From an uncultured Methylomirabilota bacterium (GTDB taxonomy: Bacteria; Methylomirabilota; Methylomirabilia; Methylomirabilales; 2-02-FULL-66-22): DNA of 64,000 nucleotides. The notes under the pieces were generated by a model. It did no database searches and was not told where the DNA came from. It saw only the letters and a program-made list of their open reading frames with translations. A program made the position numbers and the translations under genes. The first letter of the stretch is position 1, and every line of letters starts with the position of its first letter. Where the stretch lies: NCBI GenBank assembly GCA_963705305.1, contig OY970067.1, positions 1,920,001 through 1,984,000 of the forward strand, written 5' to 3'. Positions 29,713 to 38,774 of the stretch are shown piece by piece.

Positions 29713-30516
29713 ATGGCGTTCAGGATCCTGGTGACGAGCAAGCGTGTCGAGGACCCCGAATCGACGATCAGCGTGAGACCGGATGAATCCGGAATCAACA
29801 CGGAAGGCCTCACCTACAAGGTGAACCCGTTCGATGAGATCGCAGTCGAGGAAGGGTTACGCCTCAAGGAGCAGCACGGCGGGGAGGTGGTGGTCGCCTC
29901 GATCGGTGGCAGCGAGTCCATGGCCGAGATCCGCACGGCGCTGGCGATGGGCGCCGATCGCGGCGTACTGGTGCGGCACACCGGCGCGCTGGACCCGGGA
30001 ATCGTCGCGGCCTTGCTCCTGAAGGTTGTCGAGGAGGAGAAGCCCGACATCGTGATCCTGGGCAAGCAATCGGTGGACGACGACCAGAACCAGACCGGCC
30101 AGGTGCTGGCCGAGAAGCTTTCGTGGCCGCAGGCCACCTTCGCCTCCAAGAAGGAGAGCCTGGAGAGCGAGGCGGAGCGGAAAAGGCTCCCCGGCATCGC
30201 GGTCGACGCCGCTGGCAAGCGCATCCGGGTGGTGCGCGAGGTCGACGGCGGCGTGGAAACGCTCGAGCTCGAACTGCCTGCAGTGGTGACGACCGACCTG
30301 CGGCTCAATACGCCGCGGATCACGTCGCTCCCGGGGATCATGAAGGCGAAGAAGAAGCCATTGAAGGAGATCGAGGCAGCCGGCCTTGGCGTCGACCTCA
30401 GGCCCACGGTGGTGGTGAAGAGGCTCCTCGCGCCCGAGAAGCGCAAGGCCGGGGTGAAGGTCGCCGATGTGAACGAGCTCTGGGCGAAGGTGCATGACGA
30501 GACCAAGATCCTCTGA
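29713..30516 (+). CDS. etfB: Electron transfer flavoprotein beta subunit
   Basis: NPFDEIAVEEGLRLKE, ALAMGADRG, GKQSVDDD..QTG, REVDGG, LNTPR..SLPGIMKAKKKP. Confidence 0.95.
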   Translation: MAFRILVTSKRVEDPESTISVRPDESGINTEGLTYKVNPFDEIAVEEGLRLKEQHGGEVVVASIGGSESMAEIRTALAMGADRGVLVRHTGALDPGIVAALLLKVVEEEKPDIVILGKQSVDDDQNQTGQVLAEKLSWPQATFASKKESLESEAERKRLPGIAVDAAGKRIRVVREVDGGVETLELELPAVVTTDLRLNTPRITSLPGIMKAKKKPLKEIEAAGLGVDLRPTVVVKRLLAPEKRKAGVKVADVNELWAKVHDETKIL

Positions 30517-30534
30517 GGCCTCTGGGGGCGAGCC

Positions 30535-31497
30535 ATGTCCGGTATCCTCGTTGTTGTCGAGCAGTCGCACGGCCACATCAAGAAGGCGTCCCTCGCCGCC
30601 CTGGGAGCCAGCCGCACCCTGGCGGGACGCATCGGCGGCCAGGTCTCGGCGCTCGTCCTCGGCTGCGGCGTGGAACCCGTGGCAACGGAACTGGCCGACC
30701 TCGGCGTCCAGGTGAAGCTTGCCGACGCGCCGGTGCTGCAGCACTACCTCGCAGAGAGCTTTGCGGTGGTGGTCGCGGAGGCGGCCAGGGCCGATGGTGC
30801 GACGTGGATCATCGCCGCCGCCACGGCCCAGGGGAAGGACCTCCTGCCCCGTGCGGCAACCAAGTTGGGCGCGGCGTGCGCCACCGACGTCGTGGCGATC
30901 GCCGGAGAAGGCGCCACCGTGCTGCTCCGCCGTCCCATGTGGGCCGGCAGTGTCATTGCCGAGGTCGAGCTGACCACGCCCGTGAAGGCGTTCACGGTTC
31001 GCGCGAGCGAGTTTCCGGCGGCCAAGAAAGAAGGCTCCGGCTCGGTGACCCGGGTGGCCGTCTCCCTGGACGGGACGACGCTCAGGACCCGCTTCGTGGA
31101 GTTCGATGAGGTGAAGAGCACCCGGCCGGATCTCACCGAAGCGCGCATTGTCGTCTCCGGCGGACGCGGAACGAAGGGGGACTTCAAACAGATCGAGGGA
31201 CTCGCCGACGACCTCGGCGGTGCGGTGGGAGCGAGCCGGGCCGCGGTGGATGCCGGCTGGGTTCCCAATGACTGGCAAGTCGGTCAAACGGGGAAGGTGG
31301 TGGCTCCGGAGGTCTACATAGCCGCCGGCATCTCCGGATCTCTTCAGCATCTCGCAGGCATGAAGGGATCCAAGGTGATCATCGCGATCAACAATGATCC
31401 GGAAGCCCCGATCTTCCAGGTGGCGGACTACGGGCTCGTCGCGGACCTGTTCGAGGCGATCCCGGAGCTCCGAAAGAAGATAACCGCACAGGCGTGA
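30535..31497 (+). CDS. etfA: Electron transfer flavoprotein alpha subunit
   Basis: LTEARIVVSGGRG, GASRAAVDAGW, QVGQTGKVVAP, GISGSLQHLAGM. Confidence 0.95.
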   Translation: MSGILVVVEQSHGHIKKASLAALGASRTLAGRIGGQVSALVLGCGVEPVATELADLGVQVKLADAPVLQHYLAESFAVVVAEAARADGATWIIAAATAQGKDLLPRAATKLGAACATDVVAIAGEGATVLLRRPMWAGSVIAEVELTTPVKAFTVRASEFPAAKKEGSGSVTRVAVSLDGTTLRTRFVEFDEVKSTRPDLTEARIVVSGGRGTKGDFKQIEGLADDLGGAVGASRAAVDAGWVPNDWQVGQTGKVVAPEVYIAAGISGSLQHLAGMKGSKVIIAINNDPEAPIFQVADYGLVADLFEAIPELRKKITAQA

Positions 31498-31666
31498 CGG
31501 CCCCATGGCCGACGGCCGCCTGGCGCGTGCCGTCGCGACCGTGAGCTGCTCACAGCCAACGCACTCGGACTTCAATGCCGACATTCCTCGCCGATCCCCA
31601 CTTCTCAAGGACCGCTGCATACCGGCGGCGCGGTGCGTTGCCGCACATGCCAGGGGAGACATCGCC

Positions 31667-32839
31667 ATGGACTTCTCGTTGACCGACGAACAGAAGATGC
31701 TCGTCAGCGCGGTCCGTCGTTTCATCCAGACCGAGTTGAAGCCGCTCGAAGAGGAGATCGAGACAACAGGGCGTCTCGACCCGGCCAAGGCCAAGGAGAT
31801 CTTCCAGAAATCCCGAGAGCTCGGCTTCTACGCCATGAACATCCCCGAAGAGTACGGGGGTGGAGGGCTTTCCGCCGTGGATACGATGCTGGTGGAGGAG
31901 CAGTTTGGCCACACCACCGATATCCTCATCCGGCGGGCCTTCGGGAACGTCTACGAGGCGCTCCTGGTGTGCAACGACGCGCAGAAGGAGCGCTGGCTGC
32001 TGCCGGCAGTAAAGGGCGAGCGGATCTGCTCGATCGCCATGACCGAGCCGGGCGCCGGGTCCGACGCCGCCGGGATCAGCACCCGTGCCAGGAAGAACGG
32101 CGCGGGCTGGTCACTCACAGGGCAAAAGCACTTCGTCAGCGACGGGGAGTACTCCGACTTCTTCATCGTTTCCGCCGTGACGGACCCGGACAGCAAGCCA
32201 CGAGGGATCTCCCTATTCCTGGTCGACAAATCTGCGCCGGGCCTCACCGTCGGCCGGAATCAGGCCATGATGGGGCTCACGGGGACCAGCCATGTCGAGC
32301 TCTTCTTCGACGAGATGAAGCTCGGACCCGAGCACCTCCTGGGGGAGGAGGGACGGGGGATGCGGATCGTGCTGGAGACGCTGGGTCGCGTTCGCCTGGC
32401 GCAGGTCGGCGCCCGGGCGGTCGGCAAGGCGACGCACGCCCTGAACCTGATGGTGGAGTATTCCCGCGAACGGAAGCAGTTCGGAAAGCCGATCGGAGAC
32501 TTCCAGCTGGTTCAGCAGATGATCGCTGACAGCGTCATCGAGGTGAACGCCGCACGGCTGCTGCTGTACCGTGCGGCCTGGGAGATCGACCAGGGGCGCG
32601 ATGCGCGCGACTGGATTTCGATGGTCAAGGTTCACGCCGCCGAGACCATGGGACGGGTGATCGATCGTGCCGTCCAAATCTATGGCGGGATGGGGTTCTG
32701 CAAGGAGCTGCCGATCGAGCGCTATTACCGCGACTCGCGCGTGTACCGGATCTTCGACGGCACTTCCGAGATCCACCGCATCCTGGTGTCGCGCGCCGCG
32801 TTGAAGCACGGCGACCTGCTCTACGACGTGCGCGTCTAG
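31667..32839 (+). CDS. Acyl-CoA dehydrogenase
   Basis: IPEEYGGGG, AMTEPGAGSD, R.QFGKPI..FQ, QIYGGMG, RIFDGTSEI. Confidence 0.95.
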   Translation: MDFSLTDEQKMLVSAVRRFIQTELKPLEEEIETTGRLDPAKAKEIFQKSRELGFYAMNIPEEYGGGGLSAVDTMLVEEQFGHTTDILIRRAFGNVYEALLVCNDAQKERWLLPAVKGERICSIAMTEPGAGSDAAGISTRARKNGAGWSLTGQKHFVSDGEYSDFFIVSAVTDPDSKPRGISLFLVDKSAPGLTVGRNQAMMGLTGTSHVELFFDEMKLGPEHLLGEEGRGMRIVLETLGRVRLAQVGARAVGKATHALNLMVEYSRERKQFGKPIGDFQLVQQMIADSVIEVNAARLLLYRAAWEIDQGRDARDWISMVKVHAAETMGRVIDRAVQIYGGMGFCKELPIERYYRDSRVYRIFDGTSEIHRILVSRAALKHGDLLYDVRV

Positions 32840-32860
32840 CCCGCAAGGCGGGAGACCGGC

Positions 32861-33140
32861 ATGATCCAGAATAGGCTTACGACCGCGCAGGCGGCGGTGG
32901 AACTCATCCGGGACGGCGACACCGTCGGCCTCATCGGCGGCGGCGGGCTCCTTGAGGCGTCCTGCCTTTTTGCCGCCATCGAGCGGCGGTTCCTGAGCAC
33001 AGGGTCCCCCAGGGCACTCACCCTCGTCCACGCGCTCGGCATCGGCGATCGCAAGACGCAGTGTCCTTGGCCACACGGACGTCGGCCCGGCGATACCCTG
33101 CGAGCCGATCATCATGCCGTCGAGCCACTTCACCGCCTGA
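32861..33140 (+). pseudogene. YdiF-type acyl-CoA:acetate CoA-transferase remnant with a large internal deletion
   Basis: N-terminal ~66 codons (TAQAAVELIRDGDTV...GGGGLLEA...LTLVHALGIGDR), then in another frame a C-terminus-like VLGHTDVGPAIPCEPIIMPSSHFTA*. Confidence 0.75.
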
Positions 33141-33153
33141 ACGGAGGCACAGC

Positions 33154-34188
33154 GTGAATCCCACTCGCATCGCCGTCGCCGGCATCGGCAGCATGGGCCG
33201 CAAACATGTCGACCTTCTCCGTGCCGAGCCGCGTTGCGAGCTCGTCGCCGTTGCCGACCCGGCGCCGGAGGCGAAGGAATACGCGGCGCGGATCGGCGTG
33301 CCGTACTATGCGGACTATCGAGAGATGCTGGACCGCACGAAGCCGGAAGGGGCGATCATCGCCTCCCCCACCCCGTTCCACGCGGCGATGGGGATCGCCT
33401 GCGCCGAGCGGCGCATCCACATGCTGATGGAGAAGCCCATCGCCGAGTCGGTCCAGGCTGCACGACAGCTGTCGTCCGCGGCGGAGCGGGCAGGGGTCGC
33501 GCTACTCGTCGGCCACCACCGGCGCCACAACCCCATCATCGAGAAGGCGCGCGAGATCGTCCGGGGCGGATTGCTTGGGAGATTGACTGCGGTGACCGCC
33601 CTCTGGCTCGTGCGGAAGCCGGGCGCGTACTACGAGCTGGCGTGGCGCCGCGAGCCGGGCGGCGGTCCAATGCTCACGAATCTCATCCACGACCTGGACG
33701 ATCTCCGGTACGTCTGCGGGGAGATCGAGAGCGTCCAAGCCTACTGTTCGAGCAGTGTCCGGGGCTTCGCCGTCGAGGACACCGCGGCGCTGAGCTTGCG
33801 ATTCGCCGGGGGGGCGCTCGGCACGGTTATCACATCGGATGCGGTCGCGGCGCCCTGGAGCTGGGAACTGACCTCGGGAGAGAATGCGCTCTTCCCGCAG
33901 CAGCGGGAGAATTGCTACCTGTTCGCCGGGGTCGCCGCGTCGCTCACGGTGCCGAAGCTCGAGCTCTGGCGGTACCCGGGAGAGGAGGGATGGACTGCGC
34001 CGCTCTGCTGTGAGCGGATCGCCGTCGAGCCGGCCGACCCACTCGAGCGGCAGCTCCGTCATTTCTGCCGCGTGATTCGCGGGGAGGAGGCGCCCCGCAT
34101 CACCGGCGCCGACGCGACGCGTACCCTGAGCGTCGTCCTGGCAGCCAAGCGGGCCGCGGAGCTCGGGACCGCCGTGACCCCGGACTGA
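33154..34188 (+). CDS. Gfo/Idh/MocA family oxidoreductase
   Basis: GIGSMG, MEKPIA, VGHHRRHNP, GGGPMLTNLIHDLD; GGAGG RBS before GTG. Confidence 0.92.
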   Translation: MNPTRIAVAGIGSMGRKHVDLLRAEPRCELVAVADPAPEAKEYAARIGVPYYADYREMLDRTKPEGAIIASPTPFHAAMGIACAERRIHMLMEKPIAESVQAARQLSSAAERAGVALLVGHHRRHNPIIEKAREIVRGGLLGRLTAVTALWLVRKPGAYYELAWRREPGGGPMLTNLIHDLDDLRYVCGEIESVQAYCSSSVRGFAVEDTAALSLRFAGGALGTVITSDAVAAPWSWELTSGENALFPQQRENCYLFAGVAASLTVPKLELWRYPGEEGWTAPLCCERIAVEPADPLERQLRHFCRVIRGEEAPRITGADATRTLSVVLAAKRAAELGTAVTPD

Positions 34189-34229
34189 CCGATCGGCGGC
34201 GGATCTGCGGGGCCGAGAAAGAGGCCGAG

Positions 34230-35051
34230 ATGACGAGCCGGTACGTCGTGATCGGCAATCCGATCGCCCAGACCAAGTCCCCCTTTATTTACCGGGAGTT
34301 CGCCCGGCAAAGCGGGCAGGCCATGAGCTACGAGGCCATCCAGGCCCCCCTCGACGGATTCGCGGCGGTTCTGGCAGCGTTTCGTGCGGAAGGCGGGAAG
34401 GGCATCAACGTGGCCATGCCGTTCAAGATCGAGGCCTTCGCGCTGGCGACCGAGCTCACCGAACGGGCACAGCTCGCGGGCGCTGTCAACGTGATGCGAC
34501 TCGACGGCGAGCGAATCTTCGCGGACAACACCGACGGGGTCGGGCTGGTCCGCGACATCCGGGTCAATCTGAGGGGTGTGTTCCGCCGCGCACGCGTGCT
34601 TCTGCTGGGGGCAGGCGGCGCCGCCCACGGCGTAGCCCTGCCCATTCTCGAGGAGCGGCCCGCGCTCCTCGCCATCGCGAATCGCACCCCCGCCAAGGCC
34701 CGCGCGCTCGGCGCGCAGGTCTCGGGACGCGGCAACGTCGTGGCGGGAGGATACACCGAGGTCGCGGATGAGCCCTTCGATCTCGTCATCAACGCCACCC
34801 CGCCGAGCCCCAGCGGCGAGCCTCCCAGGGTCCCTGCCGCCGCGTTCAGGCGATGCGGCCTGGCCTACGACGTGGTGTACGGGAGAGGCCTCACTCCATT
34901 CCTGCGATTCGCCCGCGAGTCCGGTGCAGCCCGTGTGGCTGACGGCACCGGCATGCTGCTGGAGCAGGCCGCCGAGAATTTCTTCATCTGGCGGGGAATC
35001 CGCCCAGAGACGCAGGCACTGATCCGAAAGATTTCCGTGCCGCTCGTCTGA
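34230..35051 (+). CDS. aroE: Shikimate dehydrogenase (AroE-like)
   Basis: GNPIAQTKSP, NVAMPFK, AGAVN, NTDG.G, GAGGAA, NRT, DG.GML.EQAA. Confidence 0.85.
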   Translation: MTSRYVVIGNPIAQTKSPFIYREFARQSGQAMSYEAIQAPLDGFAAVLAAFRAEGGKGINVAMPFKIEAFALATELTERAQLAGAVNVMRLDGERIFADNTDGVGLVRDIRVNLRGVFRRARVLLLGAGGAAHGVALPILEERPALLAIANRTPAKARALGAQVSGRGNVVAGGYTEVADEPFDLVINATPPSPSGEPPRVPAAAFRRCGLAYDVVYGRGLTPFLRFARESGAARVADGTGMLLEQAAENFFIWRGIRPETQALIRKISVPLV

Positions 35052-35080
35052 ACCCTCTGGGAAGGAAAGGGGACTCGATC

Positions 35081-37138
35081 GTGGATCTCGGACAGGCAAC
35101 GCGGCCGATCATGTGGAACGTCCACGCCCCCTGGGTGATGTACGTCCTGTTCGGCGTGGCGCTGGCGATCTTCACCGCTGGCGTATACCGACGGGTCTCA
35201 GCGTGGCGGCGGGGGAAGGCGGATGAGGAGCGGCTCGGTGATTGGGGGAGGCGGCTCGCAATCTTGATCAAGGAGGTGCTTTTCCAGAGGCGGGTTCGCG
35301 ACGTGGCGCTGCCGGGCTGGTTCCACAGCCTCATCTTCTATTCCTTCCTCGTCCTCCTCGTCACCACATCGGTCGTGGCGCTGGACTACGACTTCGGGGC
35401 GCACTTCTTCAGGGGCTGGCTCTACGTGCTCCTCACCTTGGGCTGCGATGTCGGCGGGGCGCTGATCCTGGCCGGGGTGGTCATCGCCGGCCTGCGTCGG
35501 TATGTCCTCAAGCCGAAAACCATCGAGACGACGCTGGGGGACTCGTGGGCGCTGCTGCTCGTCGCGCTGCTGGTCCTGACGGGCTTCGCGGTCGCAGCGC
35601 TTCGCATCGCCGTGCTCGGCAGCCGCTGGGCGTACGTGTCCCCAGTTGCTTGGGCTCTGAGTGGGGCCTTCACCGGGATCTCACGCGAAACCCTCCGCCC
35701 CATTCACGCATGGATGTGGTGGTTGCACACCGCGCTGGCCATGACCTGGATTGCGACCATCCCGTTTACGAAGTTCTTTCACCTGCTGGCCCTGCCCACC
35801 AACGTGTTCTTCTCCAAGCTCGGGCCCCGCGGTGAACTGAAGCGCGTCGACATCGAAGCCCTCATGGCCGCCGATGATTTCGACGAGGCGGCTTTCAGTC
35901 TGGGCATTGCCAGGGCGGGCGACTTCACCTGGAAGCAGCGGCTGGACTTCGATGTGTGCATTTCGTGCGGGCGATGCGAGGAGGTGTGTCCGTCCTTCCA
36001 GGCGGGAGAGCCGTTCTCGCCCAAGCGGTTCGTCCAGGCGGGCCGCGAGCTGTCGGGCGACCGAGGCGGACGTGGAGGAGGCAGCGGCGAGGATCTACTG
36101 GTCGGGGGTCTGCTGGAGGAGCGGTTTATCTGGTTTTGCCGGACGTGCAGCGCGTGCGTGGAGGTGTGTCCCGCCGCAATCGACCACGTGGACACGATGG
36201 TGGAGGTGCGCCGGAACGAGCTGATGATGCAGGCCCGGCTGCCCGTCGAGGCTTCGCGCGCGTTGAAGCTGATGGAGTCGCAGGGCAACCCCTTCGGGAA
36301 CCGGAACCTCCGCAGCCAGTGGATCCAGCAGATGAAGGTGCCGGTAGTGCCATCCGGCGGAGATGTCGACGTGCTCTACTGGGTCGGCTGCCTCAGCACA
36401 TTCGACCAGTCGAAGCAGAAGATCGCGGCCGACGTGTTCAAGCTGCTGGAGCGATCGGGGCTCAGCTACGGCGTCCTGGGCGCCGACGAGACCTGCTGCG
36501 GGGATCCCGCCAGGGTGCTGGGCGACGAGCGACTGTTCCAGGAGAACGCCAAGGGGCAGGTCGCGGCCCTCCATGGCCGGACCTTCCGCACGCTGTTGGT
36601 GAGCTGCCCGCACTGCTTCAACGTCCTGGCGAACGAGTATCCGCAATTCGGAGCGAAGCTGAGGGTCGTCCACCACTCCCAGCTCCTCCAGGAGTTGGTG
36701 TCGCGCGGTGTGATCCGGCCCTCCCTGCCCAGCAGCGAGAAGATCGTCTACCACGACCCCTGTTACCTGGGCAGGTACCAGGGAATCTACGATGGCCCGA
36801 GGAAGCTGCTCGAGGCCATTCCGGGCGCCGCCGTGACTGAGATGGCCAGCTGCAAAGAGCGCAGCTTCTGCTGCGGCGGCGGTGGTGGACATTTCTGGAT
36901 GGACCTCAGAGCCGATGGTGCAGAGCGGGTCAACAATCTGCGCGTCGACCAGGCCCGCGAGGCTGGCGCAGCGGTCATCGCGACAGGTTGTCCCTACTGC
37001 CACCAGATGCTTGATGACTCGATAAAGCTTCGCGATCTGGACAAGCGGATGCGGGTGTTGGACATCGCCACGCTATTGCTTGACAGCGTTGAGGGGCGGA
37101 GGCCGACCGCCAGCCAGGACGGGGGTCTGCGACGCTGA
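35081..37138 (+). CDS. Membrane Fe-S oxidoreductase (FadF / ETF:menaquinone oxidoreductase-like; NarI-like TM domain + 2x[4Fe-4S] + CCG domains)
   Basis: TM helices with conserved His (FHSLIF, HTAL, KFFHL), CISCGRCEEVCP, CRTCSACVEVCP, CCG, CPHC, YHDPCYLGR, CCGGGGG, CPYC. Confidence 0.88.
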   Translation: MDLGQATRPIMWNVHAPWVMYVLFGVALAIFTAGVYRRVSAWRRGKADEERLGDWGRRLAILIKEVLFQRRVRDVALPGWFHSLIFYSFLVLLVTTSVVALDYDFGAHFFRGWLYVLLTLGCDVGGALILAGVVIAGLRRYVLKPKTIETTLGDSWALLLVALLVLTGFAVAALRIAVLGSRWAYVSPVAWALSGAFTGISRETLRPIHAWMWWLHTALAMTWIATIPFTKFFHLLALPTNVFFSKLGPRGELKRVDIEALMAADDFDEAAFSLGIARAGDFTWKQRLDFDVCISCGRCEEVCPSFQAGEPFSPKRFVQAGRELSGDRGGRGGGSGEDLLVGGLLEERFIWFCRTCSACVEVCPAAIDHVDTMVEVRRNELMMQARLPVEASRALKLMESQGNPFGNRNLRSQWIQQMKVPVVPSGGDVDVLYWVGCLSTFDQSKQKIAADVFKLLERSGLSYGVLGADETCCGDPARVLGDERLFQENAKGQVAALHGRTFRTLLVSCPHCFNVLANEYPQFGAKLRVVHHSQLLQELVSRGVIRPSLPSSEKIVYHDPCYLGRYQGIYDGPRKLLEAIPGAAVTEMASCKERSFCCGGGGGHFWMDLRADGAERVNNLRVDQAREAGAAVIATGCPYCHQMLDDSIKLRDLDKRMRVLDIATLLLDSVEGRRPTASQDGGLRR

Positions 37139-37353
37139 CGATGCATCCTTACCCTCGCGTTGGGTGCCGGTTCGGTCTATAGCTCCTCCACTGCGCAAGG
37201 ATCCGAGCGGCCTCATGAACCGCCCATACGTTCGATGTCACGTGGCCGCGATGTATGCCGATACGACGAAGGCCTCGGACCAGACCGTGCGCAGAACGCG
37301 GGAATCCTCCCGCGCGATTGCTGCGCCTTGTCTTGCTGCGACTTACATTTCTC

Positions 37354-37412
37354 TTGACATTGGTTTTGTCAGGACTATTCTTTCTCTATAGAAGGAGTAT
37401 AATGAAAATATA
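37354..37412 (+). promoter_or_regulatory. gntR2 operon promoter with phased TATA array
   Basis: TTGACA 37354, TATTCT 37376, TATA at 37387, 37398 and 37409. Confidence 0.7.
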
Positions 37413-37427
37413 GTGAGGGGGGCGGCA

Positions 37428-38078
37428 ATGGCGATCGGGTCGAAAAGCAAGAAAGCCATCGTGTACGAAACACTGAAGAAGCGGATCGTTACCCACTCCT
37501 TGAAGCCCGGCGAGCCGATCAATGAGGTTCTCCTGGCCAGGGAACTGAAAACGAGCACGACGCCGTTGCGGGAGGCCCTGCAGCAACTGCAGAAGGAGGG
37601 CTTTGTCGAGAACTTCCCGGGACGAGGCTCATTCGTGTCCAGAATCTCCACGCAGGATGTCAGGGAGCTGTTCGAGATGCGGGAGATGCTGGAATGCGAG
37701 GTGATCAGGAGAGTGGTCTCCCAGGGCCTCGTGCGCGAGCAGAGGGCCCTGGCCATTCGCAAGGAGTTTGAATCGTCCGAGGGCAAGAGCCGCCCCACTT
37801 CGCGAAACTACTTCACGCCGGGCGACCAGATCCACCTGTTTGTTTTCGAATGTCTGGGGAACAGACGCCTGCTTGAGTACTACCGCAGCCTCCAGGAGCA
37901 CATCGAGCGCATGCGCCTCTATTTCTTCAGCAACTTCCACGAAGAACGGGCCGAGCACTCGTTCAAAGAGCACCTGGAGATCCTCGATGCGCTGCTCGCT
38001 CACGACGCCGATCGCGCCGAGCGCGCGGTGCGCACGCACCTGGAAAACGCCATGGACTACTTGAAGCGAATGACGTAG
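37428..38078 (+). CDS. GntR-family regulator (FCD domain), paralogue 2
   Basis: Shares VYETLK.RI, FVENFPGRG, GDQIH and EHLEILDAL with 24161-24802. Confidence 0.93.
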   Translation: MAIGSKSKKAIVYETLKKRIVTHSLKPGEPINEVLLARELKTSTTPLREALQQLQKEGFVENFPGRGSFVSRISTQDVRELFEMREMLECEVIRRVVSQGLVREQRALAIRKEFESSEGKSRPTSRNYFTPGDQIHLFVFECLGNRRLLEYYRSLQEHIERMRLYFFSNFHEERAEHSFKEHLEILDALLAHDADRAERAVRTHLENAMDYLKRMT

Positions 38079-38099
38079 GGCGAGCCGGAGGAGTGAGAC

Positions 38100-38771
38100 A
38101 TGATCCATGTAATCAGCAAGATCGAACGACCGAAGAAATCCGTGATCGACCAGTTTCGAGAGGTCGGGGCCGCAACCGTCCACGAGGCATCCGGCCGGAA
38201 AGGGGCCGTCGATCCAGCCATCAAGCCCATTGCCAGAGGGGTCCGGCTCTGCGGCTCCGCCTTCACCGTCCAGTGCCACCCCGGGGACAACCTGATGCTA
38301 CACAAGGCTCTGGAGCGCGCCCAGCCGGGCGATGTCCTGGTGGCGACCGTCGGGGGCTGCTACGAAGGCGGATACTGGGGCGGACTGATGGGGACCTCGG
38401 GCCAGGCCAGGGGCCTGGGGGGGCTGGCCATCGACGGATGCGTCCGCGACTCCGCCGAGCTCATCCAGATGGGACTCCCGATCTTCTGCCGGGGGTTTTC
38501 CATCCGGGGCACGGTGAAGAGTGTTCTGGGCCTGATCAATCACCCGACGGTCTTCGGGGGGATCATGGTTCAGCCGGGGGACCTGATCCTGGGAGATGAC
38601 GACGGACTCGTCGTGGTCGAGCGGGCGGAGTGCGAGAGGGTCCTGGAGAAGTCGCTCGAGCGGAAGCGCGCCGAAGAGAAGAAAGCCGAGCAGTTGCGGG
38701 CGGGCATCTCGAGCGTCGAGCTGAACAAGCTCGGCAAGGTGTTCGAGACGCTCGGGCTTGTCGAGGAGTGA
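38100..38771 (+). CDS. 4-carboxy-4-hydroxy-2-oxoadipate / 4-hydroxy-4-methyl-2-oxoglutarate aldolase (LigK/ProA/GalC, RraA family)
   Basis: ATVHEA.GR, PGDNL..H, GYWGGL, IDG.VRD, GTVK..LG..N, PGD.I..DDDG.VVV as recalled for LigK. Confidence 0.85.
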   Translation: MIHVISKIERPKKSVIDQFREVGAATVHEASGRKGAVDPAIKPIARGVRLCGSAFTVQCHPGDNLMLHKALERAQPGDVLVATVGGCYEGGYWGGLMGTSGQARGLGGLAIDGCVRDSAELIQMGLPIFCRGFSIRGTVKSVLGLINHPTVFGGIMVQPGDLILGDDDGLVVVERAECERVLEKSLERKRAEEKKAEQLRAGISSVELNKLGKVFETLGLVEE

Positions 38772-38774
38772 GCC

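Noticed and set aside
38100..38771. Classical protocatechuate/gallate 4,5-cleavage pathway
   Set aside because: Only the aldolase is present. No dehydroshikimate dehydratase, LigAB/GalA dioxygenase, LigI or LigJ is recognisable in the window, though they could be elsewhere in the genome.
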